From: Takakia lepidozioides
Taxonomy: Eukaryota; Plantae; Bryophyta
Assembly: GCA_030704615.1 (NCBI GenBank)
Contig: CM060734.1
Span: 16,616,001-16,680,000 of the forward strand
Direction: 5' to 3'
DNA length: 64,000 nt
Of this stretch, positions 1-11,300 are shown piece after piece. The position numbers were made by a program, and so were the translations under genes. The first letter of the stretch is position 1; each line of letters starts with the position of its first letter. A model generated the notes under the pieces. That model was not told where the DNA came from and searched no databases. It saw nothing but the letters and a program-made list of their open reading frames with translations.

Positions 1-343
1 CAGGGCTTTCTAGGTTTAGGTTTAGAGTCTTTGGGAGTTCTTAGTTTTTCTTTTTTTTCATATGGTACTGGGGTAGGGTGTTTGTTTTTCTTTATGGTTT
101 AGCTTGTTGTTGTGGACCTTCTTGTAGATTGTGACATTTATTTTGATAATTCTTTTGATACCACATTTGTATGTGTTGCTCCAACATATTCATTGCCTCT
201 GCTTTCTTTCTTGAAAGATTACCAGCCACAGCCATATTTGATCAAGTATAGAAATAAAGTACAATATGCATGTACATGTACAATCAATCGAAGGGATGGG
301 TCCAGTTCGGTGCGAGAATTGTTATGTAGCTTTGATTTTGTGT

Positions 344-3300
344 CTAATCAACTTGAACATCATCATCCGGAGCTTCTTCATCTTCATCAAGCTGCAAGTC
401 TTCTTGGTCATCGGAGTCATCGTCATAAATGGCTCGACCCTCAAAAGGCACCTCCGAATCATCCTCCACCTCGTTGTCAATGGTCGTGTCTTCGTTTCCT
501 TCTCCAACATCCGTATCTTCTAGAGCTTCATCATATAGGGTCCAGGACGCATTGTCCGGGGCGTCATCATCCTCTTCTACCCCCTCTACCCAACCTCCAT
601 CATCAACATGACCAGTCTCTCCGTCCACCGCAATTGCCTCACCCTATGGAGATCCGAGACCATGATAGATACGTCTTCCTCTTAGCTGAGCATGCACAAC
701 CACCTTCTAATTCCCCCCTCTTGTTTTGTCATCGGAGAAGAAATCTTGCTCTATGTCTGACGGCCGTGAAAAAGGCTCATCGGAGGGATGATGAGTAGGG
801 TTGAGCCTATCTGCATTGACACGCATTAAACCACAATCATCTTGCACTAGTGTTGCGGAGGGCCCCACAAGATGTGGCTGGAACTACCTTCCCTTGAAGA
901 GAAGAGGCCGGTACCTTGTATACTGAAGTTGGAGTATGCTCTCAAGCTCTCCAATGTACTCAAGTTTGCTCATAGCAGGTGGTGTATCTCCCTTGCCCCA
1001 CACGGAGTCTTGCCAATATGTGGCACACAAGCCAGAATCAAAGGTTATTTTGCGCTTTATGTCAAGAGCACGAATGCGAAAATGACGACCGTGAATCCAA
1101 ACTGTCGTGTATGAGGTCGCGAATTGAGAGGGGCCCCTTGCAATGTCTTGCACCAAATCTGAAACCACCTCTCCTTGAGCAACGGCGTCATAAACTGAAG
1201 TCCGAAGCCACTGTTGGAATGAACTTAGAGGCTGCAATTCCATGGACAAATTTTGTGAATGAACATTCCGGCGGCCCGCTCCTCGTCGTGGGCGTCTAGT
1301 AACTGGCCTTGGATGGTTCTGCCTCCATGCAAGCATCTCTTCCTCTCGTTGCTGAACAAGATTATTGTATCTTGCCTCCCACTCATGTATGGATGGGGTG
1401 TTCTTCAGTATGAAGTCATGCGTTTGCTCAATCACCAAGGTCGGCAATTTTACCCTCTTCGATTTTTTGGGCAAAACGATGTCATTGGTTCGTGCATCCT
1501 CCTCTTCCTTCCACATCCAAGGGGCTTCCTCATCCACCCTTGCCATGTACTCCGTGCAATAGAACATAGCTTCTTGCAACGTATACCCCTCCGCCATGCT
1601 ACCCTCTGGGTGCGCCATTTGTCTTACAAATCCTTTCAAAGTCTTCATATAATGCTCAAGGAAGTACATCCACCGAGAATGAACGGGGCCGGCAATCGAA
1701 GCCTCTTCCACTAAGTGCACTACCAAATGCACTTGGATGTCAAAGAAGGAGGGATGAAGGTGCATCTCCAACATACACATTACCTCTGCCGCCTCCTTCT
1801 TCATGCGTGGAAAATCTGCTTCTTCCAACTCTTTGGAGCAAATCCACCGGAACAAGCCTCCCAATCTATAGATTGTATCACGAACCTCGGGAGTCAATGT
1901 CCCACGTACTGCAATGGGCAAGATGTCTTGCAATAGATTGTGGTAGTCATGAGACTTCAAACCATGGACCCCGTCTTCTTCGCTGAACTTCATACGGAGG
2001 GATGACCCATAACCAGTTGGTGTTCGGACAGCACTTATGGTGGCTATCACTTTCTTGTATTCCTCCTTTGTCCATTGCCAAGGTGCGCGCCTATACTTCC
2101 ACCGTACAACACCCTTTGGGTCCACACCATTTTGTTCGGCCCATAGATGGCGCATGCGACCCTGCTCCTCAAGCTCCTTTCTAACACTGAGAGAATCTCC
2201 TTTTGCAACCACTCCCTTCTTTGCCGGCGTGCCATGAAGAACCCGAAAAAAAGACGAGCAGACATTCTTCTCAATATGCATGGGATCTAGAAGATGGCGA
2301 ATCTTCAGGTCCTACATATATTCCCACCCACAAAGACTTACACAAATTTTTTTACGTGAAAGTGACAATGCAACGCATACCAAATGTGCAATATCACATG
2401 CATGCATAGGGATATTGACGGTGTTTTTGTGGAATATGTACCGCCCAATATGGCAACTCGTAGAAGATTGAAAGTCGTTTAATGCCGGGCACGTCCACTT
2501 CACCGTCCGTGCCCGCATGGGCCTCCTTCCATCGGTCCTCCCAAAACTGCCCGGACGGTGTCATAGGGGGGGGATGTACTTCCTCTTTGCGATCAAACAA
2601 GTGTTTCTCTCTTCTTCTCCATCGATGGCTCATAGGAAGAAATTTGCGGTAGTTGGAATACACCATCTTGTGAAGATGGCGGGAGCTATGTGCATCAAGA
2701 TCATCGCCACAATGCAAGCATGCATGGTACCCTTTGGTGCTTAGCCCCGAGCAAACAGTTAGTCGTGTACTACACATCCTACCACATTAGCAAAAACAAA
2801 AAGTTGTCATGTGCATGGCCCATAATGCCATCTACCCCACTACGGTGCACAAGACTGTCGCCGCTACTTCAATCAATCCCAATCCTCATCGATATTATCC
2901 GGCATTGACAAGTGAATGTACGCGGGTTGTTCATGGGGAACATAATATACCTGGATAATCATGCATTGTCCAAAGCAAGATGCCTCTCATTTGAAAAGAG
3001 TGTCCGGCCATAGGGTCAAGTGAAGCATCCAATGCCGGGACCCCCCTCCATAGCTCCTTAAGTTCATCAACAAGAGGTCGCAAGTACGTGTCCATGTTTG
3101 CCACTTGTTTTTTCCCTATGAGACATTCACATCATTGTTTCAATGCTCCACCAATATGCAAATTATACTACAAAATGAATTACATGTTTTACTCCATGAT
3201 TATGTCACTCATCAATCTTGCATCCGAATTGCGTCAGAGATCAGAAGTTTAATGTAAAGTCTAAGGCAATAATAAACATGAAATGAGTACACTCACCTGG

Positions 3301-4533
3301 CACAATGGCAGCCAACATGATATGGCATTTTTTAATTGAAAGATACGGAGGGATGTTGTAATTCACCATGGTCACCGGCCAAGTGGAATGACTACATGAT
3401 TGGATAGAGAATGGGTTGACCCCATCCGAGGAGAAGCCGAGGTGGACATGTCGTGGGTCCTCCAAGAGAAAAGGCCACATCTCTTCAATATGCCTCCATG
3501 CTTGTGAATCTTGTGGCCCGCACACCTTTCCTGGGAGACTCCGATGCGAGGCGTGCCATCTCATGAGTCTGGCCAATTCGGGGCTTCGGTACTGTGCCCT
3601 CAATCGCGGGATGATTGAAAAGTAATGCATTTTCTAGGATGAAATACCCCACGCCCCCCACATGTAATCATCCCATTAGCACAAATAATACAACACCCTT
3701 ATGTCTCTCCCTCATTTGGGTGTGAATGGTCAAAACCAAACGTCGCTCCTTCCACTCCTCACTCACTCCTTCCAAAACCACAATCAGATCTTGCATGAGT
3801 ACTACTCTCTAAACCCTAAACTTTGTGGAATACACTTTACATACATTGAGAAGATTAAAGAAAGTAATCTCCATGCGAGGGGGAATGGCGCTTATACCTT
3901 GCGTGGTACTTTTTTCCCTTGGACATCATCCCGATACCGGTCTTTCTTGCACTTTGGGCACTTGGTGAGATGCGAATCCTCTCCGTAGTATAGGGTTTTA
4001 TCACATGGACATGCATGAAAAATCTTATAGCCCATCCCCACAGAGTCCAAGACTTCGCGCGCCTCTTTCTGCAACCGTGGCATCTTGAGTTTCAAGTGTG
4101 GAGCAAAGATATAGTCTGCAATAGTTCGCATTATGGCAGACATCCCAACATTACGTATGCCAAATCGAATTTGAAGATTGAGCAAAAGTAAGATTGTTGA
4201 AAGTCGACTCACTTTCGCTCCTTCGTACAAGGGAGTTCTCGCCTCCCTCTCCATGTCATTTGAGGGGGCCATTTCAAGATCATCGATTGGCCGGGTTCCC
4301 TCTTCATGGGATGCATCAGCGCCCACATGATGCATTAAGAGATCCTCCATGGCTTGCACATCCTCCTGGTTAATTCCATGCTCATTATTGTTGTCACTGT
4401 CACTATCACTGTCATCGTCATCATCGTCCGGTACCGTGGGGGCAACGTCTCGCCCACGGCTCCCGCCTGATGTACTTGGGTTGTTTTCGGATGGGGTGCC
4501 AAGAGAAAAGACCGGGAAGGGATGGACAAAGTC
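344..4533 (-). pseudogene. CACTA TnpD/Tnp2 transposase (Transposase_21 + DUF4218 + DUF4216-like), multi-exon, disrupted
   Basis: Motifs YKIFHACPCDKTLYY, HYFSIIPRL..MRWH, LGFSSDGVNPF..HSTWPV, DTYLRPLVDELKELW, LWTMHDYPG, HLLDPMHIEKNV, GLKSHDYH, FFDIQVHLVVHL..GPVHSRWMY. Approximate GT-AG exons 4533-3898, 3633-3297, 3116-2951, 2770-2442 and 2313 onward. Premature TAG at 884 (LFKGR*FQP, expected W). Acidic C-terminal tail at 344-628. Confidence 0.9.
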
Positions 4534-5549
4534 CTGATACGAACAAATGAACATAGGGACATATATTATAATGTGTCATTGCAACCATACACTTCATTAT
4601 AAGCGAAATGCAAACAACAACCTTCAATGTGTGTGTGCATCAAATATGTCATTCAATAATTACATGTCTGTGCGCAACGTACACGCATGCAAAGTTTCAA
4701 ACCCAAACAAAATCATTTGCCCCCCCAATGACGCATTCACCCTATCAACCAATTTTTGTTTATTAATGTGAAAGGAAATCCTCTCATGCCATTGCATCCA
4801 ACAAACAGATGTGGCTCAAGCTTCATTTTTTCCTACATGTGCTTAAATATGTGTGCAACACCTGTACAAAGATCCAGCATAAAAATAAATTAAATTAAAT
4901 TTTTTAAAAAAAAAACTGCCTCCCCAATGACGCACTCACCCTTGCACCAATTTTGAATAGGTTTGCGAATTTAAATGAATTTAAAATAAATATTTGCATT
5001 TAGAAAATATATGATTGCGGTTTTGAGGGGCGTAATGATTTTATTTTTAGCTCTATTTTGTTCTGTGACATCAGGCTTTGCACCACTACATCCATGCAAA
5101 AAATGGGACAAAAAAAAATGGAAAAAAAATAAGTGTGTTTCTAGGGTCACTTTTGCATAACTCTCTATAAAGAGTGCATGAAGTTGAAAATAACTCAACT
5201 TTGGAGTGCAAATGAGAGAACAAAATCTGGTTATGGGTCCAAATGACTTTTATTTACTCCCAAATTCTGCACGCACATTGCATATGCTATCATTAAGCAT
5301 ATGGCTTGAAAATGGAATTAAAAAAAAAATCATCTGCATGCGAAACACAATTTTCCGTCTCTATGACACGTAGCTGCGTTCAACACTAGAATGACCCATT
5401 GAATCAACTTGGTTCAAGCTCATATTTGGTCCACGTGTGCATAAGTATGTTTAGATCACATATGCAAAGTTGCAACCCACACGAGCAACAAGAAAAAAAT
5501 TTACATCAATCAATTAATCGGATGTATACAAAGTACATCATGAGAATAT

Positions 5550-6182
5550 CTACAATGCCTCTCTCCGCGATCCCTGTCTCAAAAGAACCCTATTTCTATC
5601 ATACACATCCCACTCACGCTGTAATCGGAGGTCCCGATCATCCCGGGAGAACTCATACGATGCAAATAGTTCGCTGTCAGCCCTAATAGTCCTACTAGCA
5701 CATGTCATCACAAACATGTGCATCCCCTCATAGTATACTGACGTATGACCACAAAAGCTCTCATGCCCATCGCTTTGCTCGTCCCATACTACATTGGTTC
5801 TCCTAGGATGACCAAAAGAACTATTGACCAGCCCAGCAACATTGCCGAAGATGTCGGGGTCACCGTCACAAAATCTGATCTCAATGGGAGACAACCCCCG
5901 TCTACGTATATCCTGTCTGTTGACACACAAAATGTAGGGTAGGATGTATGGGGCTTTGAGGCGTAATGTACGGAACTCCGCGGAGGTGTAGTATGGACCG
6001 TAGTAGGGAAACAAGTCCACCATGTTGCTTCTCCGAGGAAGAACCACAATATCATTGACCGTGAATAAACCCCGACCCATAGCAGGGTCTGTAGCGGCTC
6101 TCACAACATACTGTCTCCCCCAATACTTGAACTCCACATTTTCTCGGATGGGGGTGGGAGGGTCGAGATGATTCCCCAACAA
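5550..6182 (-). CDS. SET-domain (lysine methyltransferase-like) protein segment encoded inside the CACTA element
   Basis: SET motifs in canonical order: MGRGLFT (GxG), FPYYGP (YxG), DG..FGNVAGLVNSS (GNxARFINHS-like), ASRTIRADSELFASY (AxRDIxxGEELxxDY, terminal Tyr kept). No post-SET cysteines. Confidence 0.75.
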   Translation of the reverse strand: MLGNHLDPPTPIRENVEFKYWGRQYVVRAATDPAMGRGLFTVNDIVVLPRRSNMVDLFPYYGPYYTSAEFRTLRLKAPYILPYILCVNRQDIRRRGLSPIEIRFCDGDPDIFGNVAGLVNSSFGHPRRTNVVWDEQSDGHESFCGHTSVYYEGMHMFVMTCASRTIRADSELFASYEFSRDDRDLRLQREWDVYDRNRVLLRQGSRREAL

Positions 6183-7229
6183 CGAGGTTGGACTGTCCTC
6201 GGTAACATAGTCCTATGCGCTTCCCATCGGGGGCGAGGATCCGGCTCAGGCCGCCCAAGCCGAAGGGGAGGAAACCTAGGGCGAAGCCGACCCCTCTTAG
6301 GGGTTCGGGGGGCACATGCACGTGGAGGTGGAGGTGGAGGTGGAGGTGGTACTGCTGGCGGAGGAGATGAAAGTGGAGGTGGTTGAGGATGTAATGTTGG
6401 AGGTGTAGCCGGGGGTACAACGTCCGGATCAGGCAAAGAAACAGACGGGGGGGGGGGCACAATCAGGGGGACCGCTTGAGGAAATTGGAGGGGGGGGGGG
6501 TGGGCCTGCTCGTTGCCGGCCATAACGCCTACAACACCTACGATACCCCTCGACCCTACACATCTCATCTACATGCTGCTGGGGGAACCAACTGGTCACA
6601 TTGGACACATGCTCTGGCACAAATTCTGCAAGTAGACCGGCGCGAAATGCCTCCTGTGCAATGTGATTGCGAGCTTGGGCATCAAGTCGTGGCTGCAATG
6701 TGCGTAGTGAACGACGCATCAATACTTATGTCGTAATTTTGATTCATGTATGCTTACCAATCATACTATATTATTAGATAACCTAAATGTACCTTAAATG
6801 AATGTTAATGAGAGGGGTGGGAAAAACACTCACCTTTGCCGCATCCGCAATCTTGTTCTTCTTGTAATGTTTTTCGACAACATGCGGTCGTCGCCTCGGT
6901 GGTCTGGTGCCGCCCGGCGGTATCCGTTCCCAACACTTAGTGCACCAACACTCCATCCTGTCGGGGGGGTCAAAGGTGGATGTGGTTGGACGGGGTGGCC
7001 CGCGAGGGGGCAACCCGCGGCGCGCCCGACTTGATCCCGGAGTGTCAACATCCTCCGCATCACCTGAAATTTGGCCCCGGTCCCTTCTACGATTGTGCTC
7101 GGCAGCCTGTATTGGATCAGGTGCAATGGGTGGCTCCTCACCACGAAAAATGGTCGCTCTAGGGCCACAATCGATATGTGGTACTACCTCCCCATCCTCG
7201 AGGGAGACGGGTCGATGTTTCCTCACCAT
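6183..7229 (-). pseudogene. N-terminal exons of the CACTA transcript: exon 1 (7229-6834, Cys/His transposase-associated motif) and exon 2 (from 6692, proline-rich linker leading into the SET domain)
   Basis: ECWCTKC...RRPHVVEKHY. Donor AAG|GTGAGT at 6833 and acceptor TTGCAG|CCA at 6693, both conserved in the sister element near 61832 and 61973. Two frameshifts, one in a poly-C tract near 6450-6500 and one near 6180. Confidence 0.65.
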
Positions 7230-8324
7230 CGCATCCTAATTAATACACACCACCAACACTTTCATTTCTCAAAAACCGTTAGCAAAAAAACCCTATGCCT
7301 CAGCCTCGGGGCTTTCAAAATTGGTAACCAAAGGCGGAGCGTCCCTATGGTGCTAGAGCCCAAGACAATAAATCCTTCCTCTCGTTCTATCTTCAGGATG
7401 CCCACACCATGGAAAAATTTGTTGAGACCCAGCGCTTTGCGATTATCAGATTGAACCACATTTTGGGTATGTGAATCCTAATTACACCGTTTATCCTCTT
7501 AACCCCAAGACCCACAATTAAAACCGCCAATCCAAAACCTAGCACCATAAAGAAAAGCAAACACCCTAACCCAGTACCATATGAAAAATAAAAATAAAAA
7601 TAAATAAAACCAAGAATCCCAAAAGGCCCTAAATCCTAAACCCAGAAAAGCCAACCGTCGCCTCCTGCGACACCCTCTCGTCGCATTTGCCGACGAGTTT
7701 TTTTTCATTTTTTTACCTGGGGGTCGCACCCCGCGACGGAAAGCCGTCGCGGGGGGCGACGTGTTTTTTTAATTTATGGGGCCGGGGGTCGCAAGCAACA
7801 ACGGCCGGCCGTCGCAAATATCATTTTGACATTTCAAAAAAAGGGTGGGGCGCAGGCGTGCGACGGCCGGGCGTTGCACGTAGGCGCCGCGTTTTTTTTT
7901 TCCCCCTAAGTGCTTGAAGTATCTCTTTCCCCTCCCGTTTTCGTTTGTTCTTTGGGAGAGAGGTAGTTCAGAGCGTGGGGTTTAGGGTGGAGGAGAAACG
8001 CACCTGCTGCCGAGCACGAGGTGGTCGCAAGGCCCCAAGGAGTTTGCCCCAACGCTGCTCCAACGCCCAAGGTAAGCACCGCCTCCTCCCTCACTTTTGT
8101 CTTGCTTTCTTGCCCTAAGCAGGGGCTGATGTCTCTCTCCCCTGTGTGGTAGGAACGCCGCGCAGAGGCGCGACCTAACGAGCTGAAGAGAGAGAGAGCC
8201 GTGGTGAGCGGGGGAGAGACGCCCTGCAGCAGCGGGGACCCGCGCCACGGGTAGCCACGATAGCACCGTAGCAGCTTGACGCGCCAACTCGCTTCAAGCA
8301 GCCGCAGCAGCAGAGGTACGTCAG

Positions 8325-11300
8325 GGAAATTGCACTCTCCCTTTCCTCTCTGCTTTTCTTTACTGTTCAAAGGTAGTATTCCTGCCCTGAGTTTAAATTT
8401 AGGTCTGGTGCCAAGAGTGGGATAGACCCTTGAGCGCATCCATGATGTCCTCCCCGATGTCACAGACTGGAAACAAGTTTAGGGAAGTTTTCTTCCTAAC
8501 TTCATTTTCATCGGACAATTTTCTGGTAACAGACATGGCCTTGGACACTACACTCTCTAAGTCAGATTTATCCAGCAAGGTCAAGACTTGTGGGTCCAGA
8601 TTCAGATCCTTGAGAATCTCTTCTACTCTCTTCTCCCAGGGCTTACCCTATTTGACAGGGCGGTCCTGTTTCCAAGATATAGAGTCGATTAACTTAGGAT
8701 ATCTGGTGTTGGACATATGTTGCAGCTGAACCCACCATCTGACCTTGAATTTATCTCGTCGAGAGCTTAAAAGAGAGCAGCACAGAAGAGAGGGAAGATA
8801 TACATGTCATGTCAAGACATGGACAAGACCGCTAAGGTCATTGTCATTGAAAGACCAAACAGCCCTTTACAGGGCACCATCTAACATTCCCTTTCATGTT
8901 TACAGTCTCATTTGAATACCCCATTACATTTCAGGGTCTCTGAAAAAACAGGGCGGGAGGGTGGGATTTCAGGTCATTCATATCATGAAAGCACCATAGT
9001 ATGCATCATCATCTCAAAAATTCATTTCAAACTTATTTCAAAAACCAGATTGCAGGTTTGGTTTGAAGATGATGTCTTAGAACCAAGATATAAGCAAGAT
9101 TCTTAAAAAGGAAGAAGAAACAAAAGGGTAGAGCCCCCTTAAGCAGGTATAGGCCTAGCATGGTATTTTAAGGCCTCATAAAATAGTTCTGCCAAGGTGA
9201 AAGAGCAGCTCAAAAACCCCTGTTTGTTATCAAGCCATGAAACCAAAATGATATGAGGGCCTTGAAGAATGTGTGTTATCTATCAAAGCCTATCCTTTTG
9301 ATCCATCAGAGTCATACCAAGAAGTTTCATTTCAGAGCGAAGTATCAAGGCAGTCAGAGTAATAACTGCTATTTTGTATCATTGTATCCTTCATAGCTTA
9401 ACTCCTACACATGCAAATGTGGTTGTAAAAAACCAGAAACAGGGGTAAGGAGAGAAGCAGATCCTCATTGGAGCCATCTTGGAGCAAGTCTGAAGCGGCA
9501 TGGTGGCTGTTTGAAACAGCAAATGGCATCAGCAGCATAGGCAGCAGCAGAATCCACATTTGCAAGAACAGAAGCTGCAAGCTTTCAAGAAATCAAGACA
9601 AGTGAAGACCCTCACCTGTGCCCGTCCCAAAAACCACCACATAGTGATGTGTGTTAGTGAGGATGCAGCAAGTCAATGGCAGGTCTTCACAGTTGCTATC
9701 CATGTCAGTGTTGAATTCTAAAGCAAGTACAGATCACAATTCAAGCAAGGGTAAACTCAAGAAACCTTGAGTGTTTGTGGTATGCCCTGCGCCATGGCCT
9801 CCAACAGATCGTCTCCAACAGAATGCAATCAGAGTAGAAGCGTTCACAGATAGAGAACGGCTCATACACAAAGAGAGAGCAACATGTAATCTGTAGATAA
9901 ATAGGGATAGAGTACTTCCCAACAAGGAGTAAAAGCGCCGCTGCAAAATAAAGAACCATGAGTTTCTGATCAAAGCGATCACCGCTTTGTCGTCTGCCAG
10001 AGAAGAATTTGTTTAACCACCAATGCGCATCCCAAGAGCCAGCCATCACGAGTACCATGTAGCAGCAGGGGAGCAGGTTTATACGGCGCATCATCAAGGT
10101 TCACTGAAGCACGAGTTCAGTGCTGTGAAGTGTGTCGGCCTGCTTAGGGCAAAACTTCCCGATTTTTCATCCAGGGTGGATGAAAAATCACATTTTACCA
10201 AGAGAGGCACTTTGTCAATGGATGACATCCCATAGAAATGTATCTTTTAGGGTTATGGTATAGGCTTAGGTTTAATAACTGCCATCATTTATGATGGTAG
10301 TTTTATTATTCTCTTGGATTTTATAATAGGTAACCATTATTTATGTAGATCATCCAGTTTAGATGAAAGAAATAGATGGTAAATCCAGCTTTCTGTACAT
10401 TAAGTTTCATCACCCTATAATAAAATCATCCAGATTTGGATGAAAAAGGCTGGGATGAAAAACTAAATAACCTCAAAAGGTTAAGGCCAGATGAAATCCA
10501 AAGAGTTATAGAGGGAGAGGGAGAGAGGGAGTGAGAGGGAGATATCAGGTGGCAAAAAAGAAAAAAATAGAATGTGGGGGGGGGGGGGGAGTGACTGAGC
10601 AGCTGTTGCTGCTCAATCACTCCCCCCCCCCACATTCTTTTTTTTCTTTGTTGCCCCCTCTCTTGGGGAAACAAAAGGGACAGATCCTACCTCTGTCAGG
10701 GGCTGACGTTGGTAGTAAGACTTACCTTCACATATAGAATTAATCCGGGTTTTCCAGATATCCTCTACAAATCCCTTCACACAAGCATCAATCTGTTGTG
10801 TGTGAGTTGCCCAAAAACTAGGCCCTGAAGGGGCTGGGCTTTTGGCTCAGCCTCAACTTTTTCAAAGTTAGTAAACAGAGGTACATGCACAATTCCCTTG
10901 ATAGATTTGAAGAGAGCGTCTCTTTGGTGAGAGAACCCCGGACAGTGTATCAAAAAATGAATAATGTCTTCAGGTTGCCCACAGACATGGTTGGACACTA
11001 CAGCCTCTAAGTCAGATTTATCCAGCAGGGTGAAGACTTGCGGTTCCAGGTCCAGGTCCTTGAGAATCTCTTATACTGTCTTCTACCAGGACTTAGCCTG
11101 TTTGACAGGTCGGTGGGTGGTCTTGTTTCCAAGATATAGAGTCGATTAACTTAGGATATCTGGTGTTGGACATATGTTGCAGCTGAACCCACCATCTGAC
11201 CTTGAATTTATCTCGTCGAGAGCTTAAAAGAGAGCAGCACAGAAGAGATGGAAGATATTCATGTCATGTCAAGACAGGGACAAGACCCACTAGGCTCATT

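Larger units (their letters stand above)
1..7912 (-). mobile_element. CACTA/EnSpm DNA transposon (left end lies upstream of the window) carrying a Tnp2 transposase and a SET-domain module
   Basis: Tnp2-family exons at 344-4533. The minus-strand terminus reads CACTTAGGGGGAAAA at 7912. GCGACG/CGTCGC subterminal repeats at 7655-7890. Bases 1-100 are an inverted copy of the subterminal region 7545-7650. Confidence 0.85.

Noticed and set aside
9398-10235. Small ORFs (118, 70, 60 aa) recurring in three copies (also 14896-15733 and 16180-17016)
   Set aside because: Their recurrence is explained by near-identical repeat copies. They have no recognisable domain and no counterpart in the diverged unit 11250-13700.
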